A stretch of 64,000 bases of DNA, taken from contig DJVT01000002.1 in NCBI GenBank assembly GCA_002441305.1, forward strand, positions 16,335 through 80,334, given 5' to 3'. Below the pieces are notes generated by a model, which saw only the letters and a list, made by a program, of their open reading frames with translations, ran no database searches and had not been told where the DNA came from. Positions 43,019 through 52,763 of the stretch are shown here, piece after piece (the stretch's first letter is position 1; each line of letters opens with the position of its first letter). The position numbers were made by a program, and so were the translations under genes. The stretch is from Candidatus Omnitrophica bacterium UBA6249. Lineage in GTDB: Bacteria; Omnitrophota; Gorgyraeia; Gygaellales; Profunditerraquicolaceae.

Positions 43019-43636
43019 CTATTCTTTTACCAGTTCAACCGTATCGAAGTACAACGTTCCGCTGGAGCCGGCGAGCGGCTCGAATTGAAACACCTTTATG
43101 GGAAAATCCAGCTTCCAGTTCTGCTCGGCATTCTCCGGCTGCCAATCGTCGCGCAGCACAAACTTGTCGAAACTGCAGACTACCCGCTTCCACCCTTTAA
43201 AGTCGTCTTGTGCGATAAAACGCCAGATCTCTCCGCCGTTATCTTTGATATCAAAAGCGATTTTTTCTTTCGAATCGGTACCATAGACATAAAAAGAAAT
43301 TGCGTTATACTCCTGCCATTTTATATCGGAAGGGCTAACCTGCCAATCAGCGTTCTTCGCATCCAGCCCGCTGCCTTTAGCCACATAAATATACCCCCCT
43401 TCCACGGCATCATAAACCACCTTGAGAGAACTTTCTCCGCTGTTTTTTATATCGGTATCCCTGGTAACCGTGACTGCAGACCCGTTCCCGGCTCCAAAAT
43501 CAACCGTACCCTCCGGCCCGGAAGTCACGGAAACCTCAAAGTCATCGATTAATGTCCCATTATCGGCAAAACAGGCAACGGAAATCCCCAGAAATATTGC
43601 TGCCATGAAAAATATTTTTTTCATCGATACCTCCAT
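43019..43636 (-). CDS. Secreted protein with carbohydrate-binding-module/CIA30-like beta-sandwich pattern
   Basis: 205 aa. Signal peptide MKKIFFMAAIFLGISVACFA. DDFE...SLKVVY...W..YNAISFYVYG...FKGWKRVVCSFDKF...LYFDTVELV resembles CBM11/CIA30-type domains (pattern-level call). Confidence 0.5.
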   Translation of the reverse strand: MEVSMKKIFFMAAIFLGISVACFADNGTLIDDFEVSVTSGPEGTVDFGAGNGSAVTVTRDTDIKNSGESSLKVVYDAVEGGYIYVAKGSGLDAKNADWQVSPSDIKWQEYNAISFYVYGTDSKEKIAFDIKDNGGEIWRFIAQDDFKGWKRVVCSFDKFVLRDDWQPENAEQNWKLDFPIKVFQFEPLAGSSGTLYFDTVELVKE

Positions 43637-43666
43637 TTTATATTCCTTTTAACAAGCGCGGCGAAT

Positions 43667-44443
43667 TCATTTGCCGGGATGTTGCTGCTTAAAGGGGATT
43701 ACCGGAGCCGTCCACGGAGTCCTTTGGTTAATTACCGAAATCTCCAGAGGGCAAACGTTTGCCGGTACGGTTAAAGCAAAACGCACCGCATCCTCGATAG
43801 CCTGCGTGCTCATAAGGCGGGAGGTGTCGTTGCTGATCTCTTTGAGTTTGCCGGTCAGGTCTGTATCGGTTACCCCGGGCATAATGGAAGTTACTTTAAT
43901 CCCGTGGTCGCGCAGTTCCCAGAATAGCCCTTTGGAAAAAGCCTTAAGCCCCACCTTAAGAGAGCTGTAGACTATGAAATTCCTGGGAAGAGGGTCGCAC
44001 AATGTCGACCCTGAAACCATGTTTATGATTGCCCCGCTTTTATCTTTAATCATATCTCCGATCACCAGCCGGATAAGCCTGACATACCCGAGATAATTCG
44101 TATAAGCGAGCCTTTCGATATCCTCCAACGGTTGATCCTGAAAAGGATACTGGCTTGATACTCCGGCATTATTGATCAATACGTCTATCTTGGTAAATTC
44201 TTTCTTGGCTGACGCCACCAGGTTCTCCAAGTCGCTTAATTTGGTAACGTCGCAAACAACCGGAAGCACCCGCACATTGAACCGCTCTGCCAATTCCTTT
44301 GCGGTTTCCTCAAGGGGGCCCTTCGTACGTGCCCCGATAACCAGATTCATCCCTAAAGCTGCCGCGGTGGATGCAAGCGCCTTGCCTATTCCCCGGCTGG
44401 CTCCGGTAACAACCGCAGTCCTGCCCTTCAATTCCAACCCCAT
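43667..44443 (-). CDS. Short-chain dehydrogenase/reductase (possible polyketide ketoreductase)
   Basis: 258 aa. TGASRGIGKA, NNAG, catalytic YSSLK. Confidence 0.85.
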   Translation of the reverse strand: MGLELKGRTAVVTGASRGIGKALASTAAALGMNLVIGARTKGPLEETAKELAERFNVRVLPVVCDVTKLSDLENLVASAKKEFTKIDVLINNAGVSSQYPFQDQPLEDIERLAYTNYLGYVRLIRLVIGDMIKDKSGAIINMVSGSTLCDPLPRNFIVYSSLKVGLKAFSKGLFWELRDHGIKVTSIMPGVTDTDLTGKLKEISNDTSRLMSTQAIEDAVRFALTVPANVCPLEISVINQRTPWTAPVIPFKQQHPGK

Positions 44444-44452
44444 AATCCCTCC

Positions 44453-45574
44453 TTATTTTTGACTAAGCAAAAACCTTCCTGTAAACAAAATAGCAAGCAG
44501 CATGAAACCAAAACAGAGAAACGCCATAGAAAAACTTTTATGCATAAGAAAACCGCCCAAACCTGCGCCTACCCCCCCGGAGATAAAACGCACGCCGCTG
44601 TTTAACCCCGCGGCCTCATTCAAAAATCCCTCGGGTAAATCCGTGAGCAGGGTCGCCAGGGCGGCATGGTTGAAGGTCCAGCTTAGCCCCCAAAAAACCA
44701 TCACAATAGCCAAAGGCCCCAGTGACATCCTTGCTAAAAACAAACAAGCGCAGGCAATCATTCCAACCGCCCCCAAACAAGCCACCTTCCCCCGTCCTAT
44801 CTTATCCGATAGGCGGCCTCCCCAGAGTTCTCCAAATACCCCGCTGAAACTGGTCAGGGTAATCAAAATACTTATATAAAACTGCTCCAGGAAAAGCTGG
44901 GTGGAAAAATATACGCCAAGCCATTGCTGTATCCCGTGGTAAACCAGGCTTATAGAAAATATATATATGAACAACCCGATTGCCTTCCTGCTCCTGAACA
45001 ACAAGGGATATCCAAAACGGATCTTTTGTTCCCCCGCTTCAATATCCGGCATATAAAAATACATAAAAACCCAAAGAGCAAAACCAAAACAGGCGGGAAT
45101 TACGAATATTGCACGCCACGGGATTACCCCGCTCAAAAGCAGCCCCGCCAGGGAAGAAACAAAAGAAGAGGCGAAAAAGACGCCTATGTGCCCGCCGCGC
45201 GCATCCTTACGCGCGTATCTGGATATAAGTATAATCCCAAGCGGGATTACTGAAGCCCCAAAAATTCCCATCAGGAACCGGGCGATAAAGAGCATCCGGA
45301 TATGCCCGGCGAACCCAGCCATAAGGTTCGACAGAGAAAATAAGAAAATACAGGTCAGCTCTATTTTTCTGGCGTTGAATAACCTTACCAGCGGTCCATA
45401 GAAAAGGGCGGCCAAACCATAGGGGATCATATACAACCAGATTATGTTCCCGGTCACGAACTGAGAAAGAGCGAAAGAGGAAGCGATCGAAGGAACTAAT
45501 GCGGAAGAAGCGGCAACATTGAAAGAAAGAACCGCCCCTTCCAGGCAGAGAATAAAAAACAAAATCCTTTTCAC
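44453..45574 (-). CDS. MFS transporter
   Basis: 373 aa, ~11-12 TM helices. MFS loop motif-like ...GRLSDKIGRGK.... Confidence 0.85.
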   Translation of the reverse strand: MKRILFFILCLEGAVLSFNVAASSALVPSIASSFALSQFVTGNIIWLYMIPYGLAALFYGPLVRLFNARKIELTCIFLFSLSNLMAGFAGHIRMLFIARFLMGIFGASVIPLGIILISRYARKDARGGHIGVFFASSFVSSLAGLLLSGVIPWRAIFVIPACFGFALWVFMYFYMPDIEAGEQKIRFGYPLLFRSRKAIGLFIYIFSISLVYHGIQQWLGVYFSTQLFLEQFYISILITLTSFSGVFGELWGGRLSDKIGRGKVACLGAVGMIACACLFLARMSLGPLAIVMVFWGLSWTFNHAALATLLTDLPEGFLNEAAGLNSGVRFISGGVGAGLGGFLMHKSFSMAFLCFGFMLLAILFTGRFLLSQK

Positions 45575-46011
45575 CTTCTGACTTCTTTTTCGATTACTTC
45601 TTTAAATATTTTCAGGTTGTGTTGTGAACCCTCGTTGATAAAACCCTCTATTTGCTTATCGTCGAATTTAGCCTTTTTATCCATGTGAAAATGCTGTATC
45701 CATGTCAATTCCACCCCGTCTTCCCGGAGAGTATAAAGCCAGATAATTTTCATGTATTCAAAAGGAAACTTTGGATCCTGACGCTCGGCGTAAGTAAAGC
45801 ACCTGTCTTTAAAAAGAAGCCGCCATGAAACCCAGCTTTTACCGTCTTCGTCCGTAAGACGAAAAGTTATCTTATTGGAGTTGCGTTCAAGCAATTCGGC
45901 ATTTTTATATTCCTGGCCGAATAATTCCGTCCATCTGGGGATATCATTGGATATATCAAACACCAGATCGTAAGGGGCGTTAATCAATATCGAATTGCAG
46001 GTATGTCCCAT
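45571..46011 (-). CDS. SRPBCC-fold polyketide cyclase/aromatase-like protein
   Basis: 146 aa. ...INAPYDLVFDISNDIPRWTELF...; the size and pattern match monodomain ARO/CYC (Polyketide_cyc) proteins. Start overlaps the MFS gene. Confidence 0.65.
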   Translation of the reverse strand: MGHTCNSILINAPYDLVFDISNDIPRWTELFGQEYKNAELLERNSNKITFRLTDEDGKSWVSWRLLFKDRCFTYAERQDPKFPFEYMKIIWLYTLREDGVELTWIQHFHMDKKAKFDDKQIEGFINEGSQHNLKIFKEVIEKEVRR

Positions 46012-46044
46012 CTTGCCTCCCGGTTTTCATTTAACAGAGCATGG

Positions 46045-46848
46045 CTATTGCTCAAAAAGGGCAACTACCCTGGACCAGGCCGCCCCGGTTCCCTTTATCC
46101 TCACAGGAAAACAAATAATCTTGAATCCGGAACCGGGAAGCTTATCCAAATTTGCCAGCCTCTCTATATGGATAAACTCCCTTTTCCGTCCATAGAAATG
46201 TGCGGGATAAAAATTCTTGGGGTCTTTTGTCTTCAAAAATTCTCCTAACATGAATTTATACGGCCGGTCGATCCCCATGGTATCGACGCCAAATACTTTT
46301 ACTCCGGAGTTAAGCAAGAAATCTATGGCGGAAGTCGCAACTCCGGGGTAGTCGGAAAAATACTTTGGCCCGCCGTATAATTTGTCCGCCCCCGTACGGA
46401 ACAAAACAATATCCAGCGGCTTGATCTGGTATCCTATCTTTCCAAGCGCGGATTTGACATCATAGACATTGATCGTCTCATCCGGCTTCTTATGTGTCAT
46501 ATCAAGACATACCCCGTCATGATAACAATACTCCAGAGGGATCTCATCCGCAGTCTTCGAAGAACGGTTTTCCGTCCTTGAACCGTAATGAAAAGAGTAA
46601 TCCAGATGGGTGCCTATATGCACGGGAGAATGCACAATCTCCAAGGAAAGAAACTCCTCATCGGGAAGCTGTTCTTTTTTTATTATGCGCATACCCAGGG
46701 CGTATTTGACCTTTCCTAAAAGGGTCTTGCCCATAATCACACGGTTAAACTTGGATACCCCCTCTTTATGCCCGACACGTTCGATATCAACCTTATGTAC
46801 TTCAAAAGCTTTCTCGTCGATGGGCAAACTTAAATCGATAATCTTCAT
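46045..46848 (-). CDS. Cyclase-family protein (PF04199-type, kynurenine-formamidase fold)
   Basis: HSPVHIGTHLDYSFHYG fits HxGTHxDxxxH. ATG 46848 overlaps the ACP stop (ATGA); the track start 46863 is the alternative. Confidence 0.75.
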   Translation of the reverse strand: MKIIDLSLPIDEKAFEVHKVDIERVGHKEGVSKFNRVIMGKTLLGKVKYALGMRIIKKEQLPDEEFLSLEIVHSPVHIGTHLDYSFHYGSRTENRSSKTADEIPLEYCYHDGVCLDMTHKKPDETINVYDVKSALGKIGYQIKPLDIVLFRTGADKLYGGPKYFSDYPGVATSAIDFLLNSGVKVFGVDTMGIDRPYKFMLGEFLKTKDPKNFYPAHFYGRKREFIHIERLANLDKLPGSGFKIICFPVRIKGTGAAWSRVVALFEQ

Positions 46849-47081
46849 TTTGTCATCTTGCATTGAATGCTGCTGGCGATTTCTTCTATTGTCGAATTCT
46901 TAGTGACCTCTTTTACGTCTAACTTTACCCCAAACTCCTTTTCCAGGGCAATCACCGATTCCACCATTTCGGTCGAATCCACCCCTATACTGGAGGATAA
47001 GGATTCTCCGTCCTTTAATTCTTCGATTTTTATTTTTAGCAGACTTGCCAGCGTTTCCTTCACTTTTGTCTTTATATCCAT
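46845..47081 (-). CDS. Acyl carrier protein
   Basis: 78 aa from ATG 47081 (RBS GGAGGGGG). MDIKTKVKETLASLLKIKIEELKDGESLSSSIGVDSTEMVESVIALEKEFG, with the phosphopantetheine-Ser motif DS. Confidence 0.75.
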   Translation of the reverse strand: MDIKTKVKETLASLLKIKIEELKDGESLSSSIGVDSTEMVESVIALEKEFGVKLDVKEVTKNSTIEEIASSIQCKMTK

Positions 47082-47127
47082 ACCCCCTCCAGCCCCTTTG
47101 CTTAGGCGTTTATGCTTTATTGTTCGA

Positions 47128-48591
47128 CTATATCTGTACTTCCCCCCCTGCTGCAGCTGCCTCCCATTTGCCAACCCCGTCCATTACGTCCTTGAAACAA
47201 AGTTTGGCGAGCGGGTCGAAATTGCTTTCCATTATACGGTTTATCCTGCCGGGCTTGGAAAAGAACTCGCGCATACACCATGAACCAAGCCTGCCCAAAT
47301 CCTCTGTGGTCAGATAATCGGTAGGTATTACCGGATGCAGGAAATCCCACGTACTGAAATCAACCTTCTTGGGATCGACCCAGTTCTTCTTGAGGGATAT
47401 CCTCCACATCGGGGAGTTCGGCGCCGGGGTAACATAACCTATCCACAACACATCCGGGTCAGCCTGGTCGGCAAATTCAAACCTCTGTTTTATGATTTCT
47501 TCGGTGTCGTAATCAAACCCCATCATAATGTCAGCTACGACTGCGATATCGTTCTTGCGCAGGATCTCAATCGTCTTTTTGATCTGCTCTATAGTCGTGC
47601 CCTTGGCTATCTTTTTCAACTCTGCCTGAGTGGTAACCTCTATGCCGAATACCCCCATGATCAAACCGACTTCTTTCATCAAAGGAACCACCGATTCGCA
47701 ATTTACCCAATCCACCGCTCTGCCCAAAGAAAACCATTTGGTCGGAATCCCTTTTTCTTTCTTAAGCTCGCAGAATCTCTTTACGCGTTCCGGATCAACG
47801 TTAAAATTGTCATCTTGTATGCCTACGACTTGTACGCCATATTTCTTGTGCAAAAGCTCCAGCTCCTCAATAACGCGTTCGGGGGATTTAGCGCGCCACT
47901 TCAAGAAATCCGAAGGGTGGCGCGGATCAAATTGGTCCCATTCGTAACAAAATGTGCAGGCTGAAGGACAGCCGCGCGAAGTGACCATGTCCACAAAAGG
48001 CTTCCAGTAAGTATGCCCGACATATTTATCCATGGGAAACAGGTCGTAAGCGGGCAAAGGAAGTTTATCCAGATCGGTCATTAACGGCTTATGCGGCCCC
48101 ATGACAATCTCCCCGTCTACGCGGACAGTCACCCCTCCGATATCTTTCAGGTTCTTCTTCTTATCTATCGCCTCAATCAGGTCGGCAAATGATTCCTCTT
48201 CGCCCATAACTACAAAATCCACCGCGGGATTCTCTTCGAGAGTCGGTACGGGCATAGCTGAATACCATAAGCCGCCCAGAATTATTTTTACCGAAGGAAG
48301 CTCTTTCTTGATTCTCTGGGAAGCCTCACGGAAATGACGCAATACCCCATACCCTCCGTAACCGTGTATCTGTTCTCCCATAACTACTATATCCGGATTC
48401 TTGGCTTTCACCTGTTCGACAAGCTGATCCATAGGGATCTCCAGGGCCCTCCCGTCTATGACTGAAACGTCCGAATATCCTCGTTCGCGTATATAGGCTG
48501 CCCAATGCGCATATAGCTGGTTCGGCGATCTATGTATACCGTGAGTTGCCCAGGCTCCTACCTTAGGCATTACGAATAATATCTTCATCAC
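47128..48591 (-). CDS. B12-binding-domain radical SAM enzyme (class B radical SAM)
   Basis: 487 aa. N-terminal cobalamin-binding-like Rossmann region (KILFVMP...DIVVMGEQ...KIILGG) plus radical SAM cluster SRGCPSACTFC (CX3CX2C). Confidence 0.85.
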   Translation of the reverse strand: MMKILFVMPKVGAWATHGIHRSPNQLYAHWAAYIRERGYSDVSVIDGRALEIPMDQLVEQVKAKNPDIVVMGEQIHGYGGYGVLRHFREASQRIKKELPSVKIILGGLWYSAMPVPTLEENPAVDFVVMGEEESFADLIEAIDKKKNLKDIGGVTVRVDGEIVMGPHKPLMTDLDKLPLPAYDLFPMDKYVGHTYWKPFVDMVTSRGCPSACTFCYEWDQFDPRHPSDFLKWRAKSPERVIEELELLHKKYGVQVVGIQDDNFNVDPERVKRFCELKKEKGIPTKWFSLGRAVDWVNCESVVPLMKEVGLIMGVFGIEVTTQAELKKIAKGTTIEQIKKTIEILRKNDIAVVADIMMGFDYDTEEIIKQRFEFADQADPDVLWIGYVTPAPNSPMWRISLKKNWVDPKKVDFSTWDFLHPVIPTDYLTTEDLGRLGSWCMREFFSKPGRINRIMESNFDPLAKLCFKDVMDGVGKWEAAAAGGEVQI

Positions 48592-48618
48592 TCCCTCCCT
48601 TTTTATCTATTTCTCCGT

Positions 48619-49848
48619 TTAAGCTTTTTCAACTACAAGCGCCGCGTTGATTCCTCCCCGGCCGCGCGAGATAACCAGGCATTTATTTATTTTACGCTCC
48701 CGCGCCTGCTGAGAAACATAGTCGATTCCCCCCGCAACCGGATCTTCGAGATTTAAGGTCGGGGGAACCAATCCATGCTCCATAGACAAAATTGCAATAA
48801 TCATATCCAAAGCCCCCGATGCCCCCAGCAGATTACCAAACATGCTCTTCGGACAACTGGCGGGGATACCCGGTAAAGCATCCCCAAAAACTATCTTGAG
48901 CGCATTGATCTCGGAATCATCCCATATATCGACGGCTAAACCATCCAGGCTGATATAATCTATATCCCGTGGATTCACCTTAGCATCTTCAAGTGCAGTA
49001 TTTATCGCCCTGGCGAGCTCTTTCCCGTCCGAAGAAGGATTTATCCTGTCCACTCCGTCACAAGATGTCCCGTATCCGCTTATATAACCCAGGATATTCG
49101 CCCCGCGCTGCCTGGCCCTTTGCACGCCCTCCATAACTACTATTCCCGCCCCTTCGCCAATAACGAAACCACTGCGCTGCCTATCAAACGGCCGGTATAC
49201 AGCTTCAGGGTTCTGGTTGTTTACCGACAGCGCCCCATAGGTATTGCAGCACAATAATGCATACGGGGAAACCGGGGCTTCCATGCCTCCGCCTAAAATC
49301 ATATTCAGCTTGTTTTTGCATAATACTTTCCTGGCGTAGCCCAAAGCCATCAGAGATCCCGCCCGGTCCGCAACTACCGTTTTGCTGAAACCTTTGATCC
49401 CGTAATAAATCGACACCTGCCCCTGAGGAGCCGCGGGAAACCAGGCAGAGGCCATATAAGGAGAGACCCCTTCCCTGCCTTCCAGGTACAAATCCCTTAA
49501 TTCAGTCTCCGCATAAAGCCATCCCCCGATCGCATTCCCCAGAAAAATCCCCATAAGATTGGGATCCTCGTTTTTTATATCTATGCCTGCATCCTGCAAT
49601 GCCAGCTCCGAAGCAACCAGGGCCATATGTGAAAAAGCGTCTATTTTCTTAAGCAGCCTTTCGGATATGTGGCTGTATTTTTCCAGATCGTCTATCTGCC
49701 CGGCAATGCGCGAAGGGTATCTTAAGGCGTCAAAACGGCTTATCTCCTTTATGAAAGAACGCCCGCTTTTGATGTTCGCCCAAAACTGGCGTTTGCCTAT
49801 CCCCGAAGGGCTGACTACCCCTATGCCTGTAACCGCTATCTTTTCCAT
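48619..49848 (-). CDS. Type II PKS chain-length factor (KS-beta), active-site position = Arg
   Basis: 409 aa. AWFPAAPQGQVSIYYGIKGFSKTVVADRAGSLMALGYARKVL aligns with the CLF signature AWF.AA..GQ.SI..G..G....VAEQAGGLDAL. There is no catalytic Cys (R162, codon 49365..49363). The His boxes are degenerate (SLDGLAVD, MFGNLLGASG). ATG overlaps the KS-alpha stop. Confidence 0.8.
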   Translation of the reverse strand: MEKIAVTGIGVVSPSGIGKRQFWANIKSGRSFIKEISRFDALRYPSRIAGQIDDLEKYSHISERLLKKIDAFSHMALVASELALQDAGIDIKNEDPNLMGIFLGNAIGGWLYAETELRDLYLEGREGVSPYMASAWFPAAPQGQVSIYYGIKGFSKTVVADRAGSLMALGYARKVLCKNKLNMILGGGMEAPVSPYALLCCNTYGALSVNNQNPEAVYRPFDRQRSGFVIGEGAGIVVMEGVQRARQRGANILGYISGYGTSCDGVDRINPSSDGKELARAINTALEDAKVNPRDIDYISLDGLAVDIWDDSEINALKIVFGDALPGIPASCPKSMFGNLLGASGALDMIIAILSMEHGLVPPTLNLEDPVAGGIDYVSQQARERKINKCLVISRGRGGINAALVVEKA

Positions 49849-51110
49849 TATTCACCGAACCTTTTAAATACGATGGATGAATGTATGCCGGAAAAACCAC
49901 TGCTGGTCTTAAGAATCAAATTTACCTCCTTGGCAACCGCCTGATTGGGCACATAAAAGAGATCGCATTGCGGATCCTTTTCTTCCTGGTTGATAGTAGG
50001 AGGCAGGATATTCTTTTCGAAAATCATACTTGTCATGGTCATTTCAATGGCGTTTGCGGCGGCCAAAGGATGCCCGATCATGGATTTAAAAGAGCTTATC
50101 GGAAGCTTATAAGCGTAATCCCCGAAAACCGCCTTGTAAGCGCTCGTCTCAAAAATATCGTTCATACGCGTGCTTGAACCGTGCGCGTTGATATAATCTA
50201 TATCTTCGGGTTTTACGGAAGAATCTTTCAAGGCTAAAGTAATGCAATTTTCCATAGCCCGGCCGTCGGACGGCAAATCGGTCATATGGAAAGCGTTGCA
50301 GCTGGTGCCAAAACCCAACACTTCGCAATAAATCCGGGCTTTACGACGCAAGGCGTGTTCCAGTTCCTCCAATATCAGGATGCCTGCCCCTTCGCCAAGC
50401 ACAAACCCGTCGCGCTTATTGTCAAACGGGCGCGATGCCTTTTGCGGTTCGTCATTATGTACCGAAAGCACATTTACTACGTCAAAGGCTCCGAAAGTTA
50501 TCGGGGTAAGCGGCGCTTCCGCGGCCCCGCATACCATAATATCCTGCTCTCCGTCCTGGATTGATTCAAGCCCAAAACCCAAAGAATCAGTACCTGCGGT
50601 GCACCCCGTGGATATAGTATTGCAGATACCTCTCAGGCCAAAACGAGAGCTTATCTCTATTGAAGGGGTATTGAACATAGCCGCATCATACAGGTCCGGG
50701 CGCACCAAAGCGGGATTGATCGGTTTTTTGCCGTCCTCGGTCACCAGGGCAAACTCTTCTTCCATGTATTTTGTCCCGCAAATGGCATTGGCGAGGCAAA
50801 CGCCTGCCCTCCGGGGGTCTTCTTTGGAAAAAACCAAACCGCTGTCTTCGATCGCCATCATGCCGGCCGCCAGACCGAATTGCACGTAACGGTCCATGCG
50901 CATGACCTCTTCGTGTTTAAGGCCTAATTTAAAAGGATCAAAATCCCTTACCTGGGCTGCAATTTTTGTATGAAAAACAGAGACATCGAAACCGTCCACC
51001 AGGCTTATTCCGGACTTCCCTTTTGAAAACGCATCCCAGGCGTTAATCTTCCCTATCCCGTTGGGGGATATAACTCCTATACCAGTTATAACAACGCGCC
51101 TTTTATCCAT
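49848..51110 (-). CDS. Type II PKS ketosynthase alpha (KS-alpha)
   Basis: 420 aa. Active-site Cys in ISTGCTAGTDSLG (C170). His boxes INAHGSSTRMND and SMIGHPLAAA. Closest in pattern to type II PKS KS-alpha (STGCTSGLDSVG). Confidence 0.85.
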   Translation of the reverse strand: MDKRRVVITGIGVISPNGIGKINAWDAFSKGKSGISLVDGFDVSVFHTKIAAQVRDFDPFKLGLKHEEVMRMDRYVQFGLAAGMMAIEDSGLVFSKEDPRRAGVCLANAICGTKYMEEEFALVTEDGKKPINPALVRPDLYDAAMFNTPSIEISSRFGLRGICNTISTGCTAGTDSLGFGLESIQDGEQDIMVCGAAEAPLTPITFGAFDVVNVLSVHNDEPQKASRPFDNKRDGFVLGEGAGILILEELEHALRRKARIYCEVLGFGTSCNAFHMTDLPSDGRAMENCITLALKDSSVKPEDIDYINAHGSSTRMNDIFETSAYKAVFGDYAYKLPISSFKSMIGHPLAAANAIEMTMTSMIFEKNILPPTINQEEKDPQCDLFYVPNQAVAKEVNLILKTSSGFSGIHSSIVFKRFGE

Positions 51111-51139
51111 TTTACGTAATACTCCGCATTATAAACACC

Positions 51140-51751
51140 TTAACCCTTAACCTTATCATCTACACGGCTGACCTTGAATATCACATTTCCCCCGTCCGGA
51201 CAGGTAACCGTATCTATCGAATCCGGATTATCCATAAAAAAGAACTTCGCCCCGAAATTCAAGGCAAATAGCGCCGGAAATGCCGTATGGAACGCCGCTC
51301 CGCAAAACCCGGGGATGCATTTTAACCCCTGGGTCTCCCATTTATCCCCCACTTTATAGCCAAAGCTGCATTTCCCTTTTGCCTTGACAACCTCTATTAC
51401 CATTTTTTTGGGATTTGGACCTTTGTGGTTTGGGTCGCGGGGGATAACCTGCAGGTTTCCTTCTTTATCCAGGATCTCCGCTTTAAACTCCAGTTTTCCG
51501 CCGTCGGGACAGGTGACCGAAAGCGAACGCTGGTTATCGCGAAAGCCGAACCGGGCTCCAAAACTCAAGGCGTATATGGTCGGGAAAAGCGCATGCGCAA
51601 GCCCCAGGCAAAAATGTTCAGGGGGATGCGTAAAATCCTCCAGATAAATTTCGTCTCCTATTTTGTACCCATGGTAACAAGTTCCGAAAACCCCGGTTAC
51701 CGTCAATTTCAGTTTCGGAAAAGGCGTCTTTACTTTCTTCTCTCCGCTCAT
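51140..51751 (-). CDS. Tandem-duplicated TIGR04076-like Cys-motif protein
   Basis: Two ~90-aa modules. Module 1: CYHGYKIGDEIYLEDFTHPPEHFCLGLAHALFPTIYALSFGARF...VTCPDGGKLEFK. Module 2: CSFGYKVGDKWETQGLKCIPGFCGAAFHTAFPALFALNFGAKF...VTCPDGGNVIFK. The family assignment is from memory. ATG 51751 overlaps the upstream stop; the track start is 51766. Confidence 0.55.
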   Translation of the reverse strand: MSGEKKVKTPFPKLKLTVTGVFGTCYHGYKIGDEIYLEDFTHPPEHFCLGLAHALFPTIYALSFGARFGFRDNQRSLSVTCPDGGKLEFKAEILDKEGNLQVIPRDPNHKGPNPKKMVIEVVKAKGKCSFGYKVGDKWETQGLKCIPGFCGAAFHTAFPALFALNFGAKFFFMDNPDSIDTVTCPDGGNVIFKVSRVDDKVKG

Positions 51752-52761
51752 TTTATCTCTCCGCATCCTCCCACTTTACCCATAAGTTCCTCTTTGCTAA
51801 AAAATCTCTTGGTGTCCTCAACCTGGTGCACCAACCCCACCAATATCCTGTTCAGGGGAGCATCAACACCGTTCTTTTCGGCAATACGCAGGAATTCCCC
51901 GTTTATATAATCAATCTCCGATTTCCGGCCGCGCATAATACTCTGCAGTATGGAACCGTAAAGCGGCTCGCTGCTTAAATTCTTCATGGTCTGGGATAAG
52001 ATTGCGGAGGCCTGAGGAACGGGCAGGGAAGCCAGCCCGGTGATCTTTTCCAGCGGGAAACCCGGCAAAGAAACAAGTTTTAATCCCGATTTAGCGATAA
52101 CTTCAAGACCTTCCTTCCATATAGCCACACTTATACAACTGATCTCAGGATCGCTAAAAACCTCCTGCATGCTCTTCCCTAATATCGCCGGCAGGCAATT
52201 ATTGGCATTGGCGAATATTTTTAATAATTTCATCCCCTTGATACTTTCCGATACAACAACGGGGAAGGACCCGCTCAATATCTCAGTTATGCGGGACAAT
52301 TCTTCCGGCACCTTCTCTTCAAAAGAATAACCGAGGACCCATGGGCCTTCAAAATTATGTACCAGCCTGGCTTCCCCCAGATAGGTGGAACCAAACATAA
52401 CCACGCTGGAAAACACATTCTCCTTAGACAGGCATCCGGCAGCGATCTGATCCGCCTGCACGCCATTTTGCACGGTAAGCACCAGAGAGCCGCGGATATA
52501 ATTTATATTATCGCTGATAGCGTATTGTAAATCCTGGGTCTTGGTAGTTAAAATAACCAGATCCGGGGAATAAGGCAGTTTCTCGTAAACATCCAGCTCC
52601 ACCCTGAAATCACCCCGTACTCCGGATATACAAAGGCCGTTTTTCTTTATCGCGGACACGGAACTCCCGTGTCCGGCGACAACCACATTTTTACCCTTTA
52701 ACTTCAGGTATGCCGCCGTAAGGCAGCCGATGGCCCCGGCACCTATGATCCCTATGCGCAT
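51748..52761 (-). CDS. Ketopantoate-reductase (ApbA/PanE) family oxidoreductase
   Basis: 337 aa. MRIGIIGAGAIGCLTAAYL Rossmann N-terminus and a family-typical C-terminal helical domain. Confidence 0.75.
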   Translation of the reverse strand: MRIGIIGAGAIGCLTAAYLKLKGKNVVVAGHGSSVSAIKKNGLCISGVRGDFRVELDVYEKLPYSPDLVILTTKTQDLQYAISDNINYIRGSLVLTVQNGVQADQIAAGCLSKENVFSSVVMFGSTYLGEARLVHNFEGPWVLGYSFEEKVPEELSRITEILSGSFPVVVSESIKGMKLLKIFANANNCLPAILGKSMQEVFSDPEISCISVAIWKEGLEVIAKSGLKLVSLPGFPLEKITGLASLPVPQASAILSQTMKNLSSEPLYGSILQSIMRGRKSEIDYINGEFLRIAEKNGVDAPLNRILVGLVHQVEDTKRFFSKEELMGKVGGCGEIK

Positions 52762-52763
52762 AA

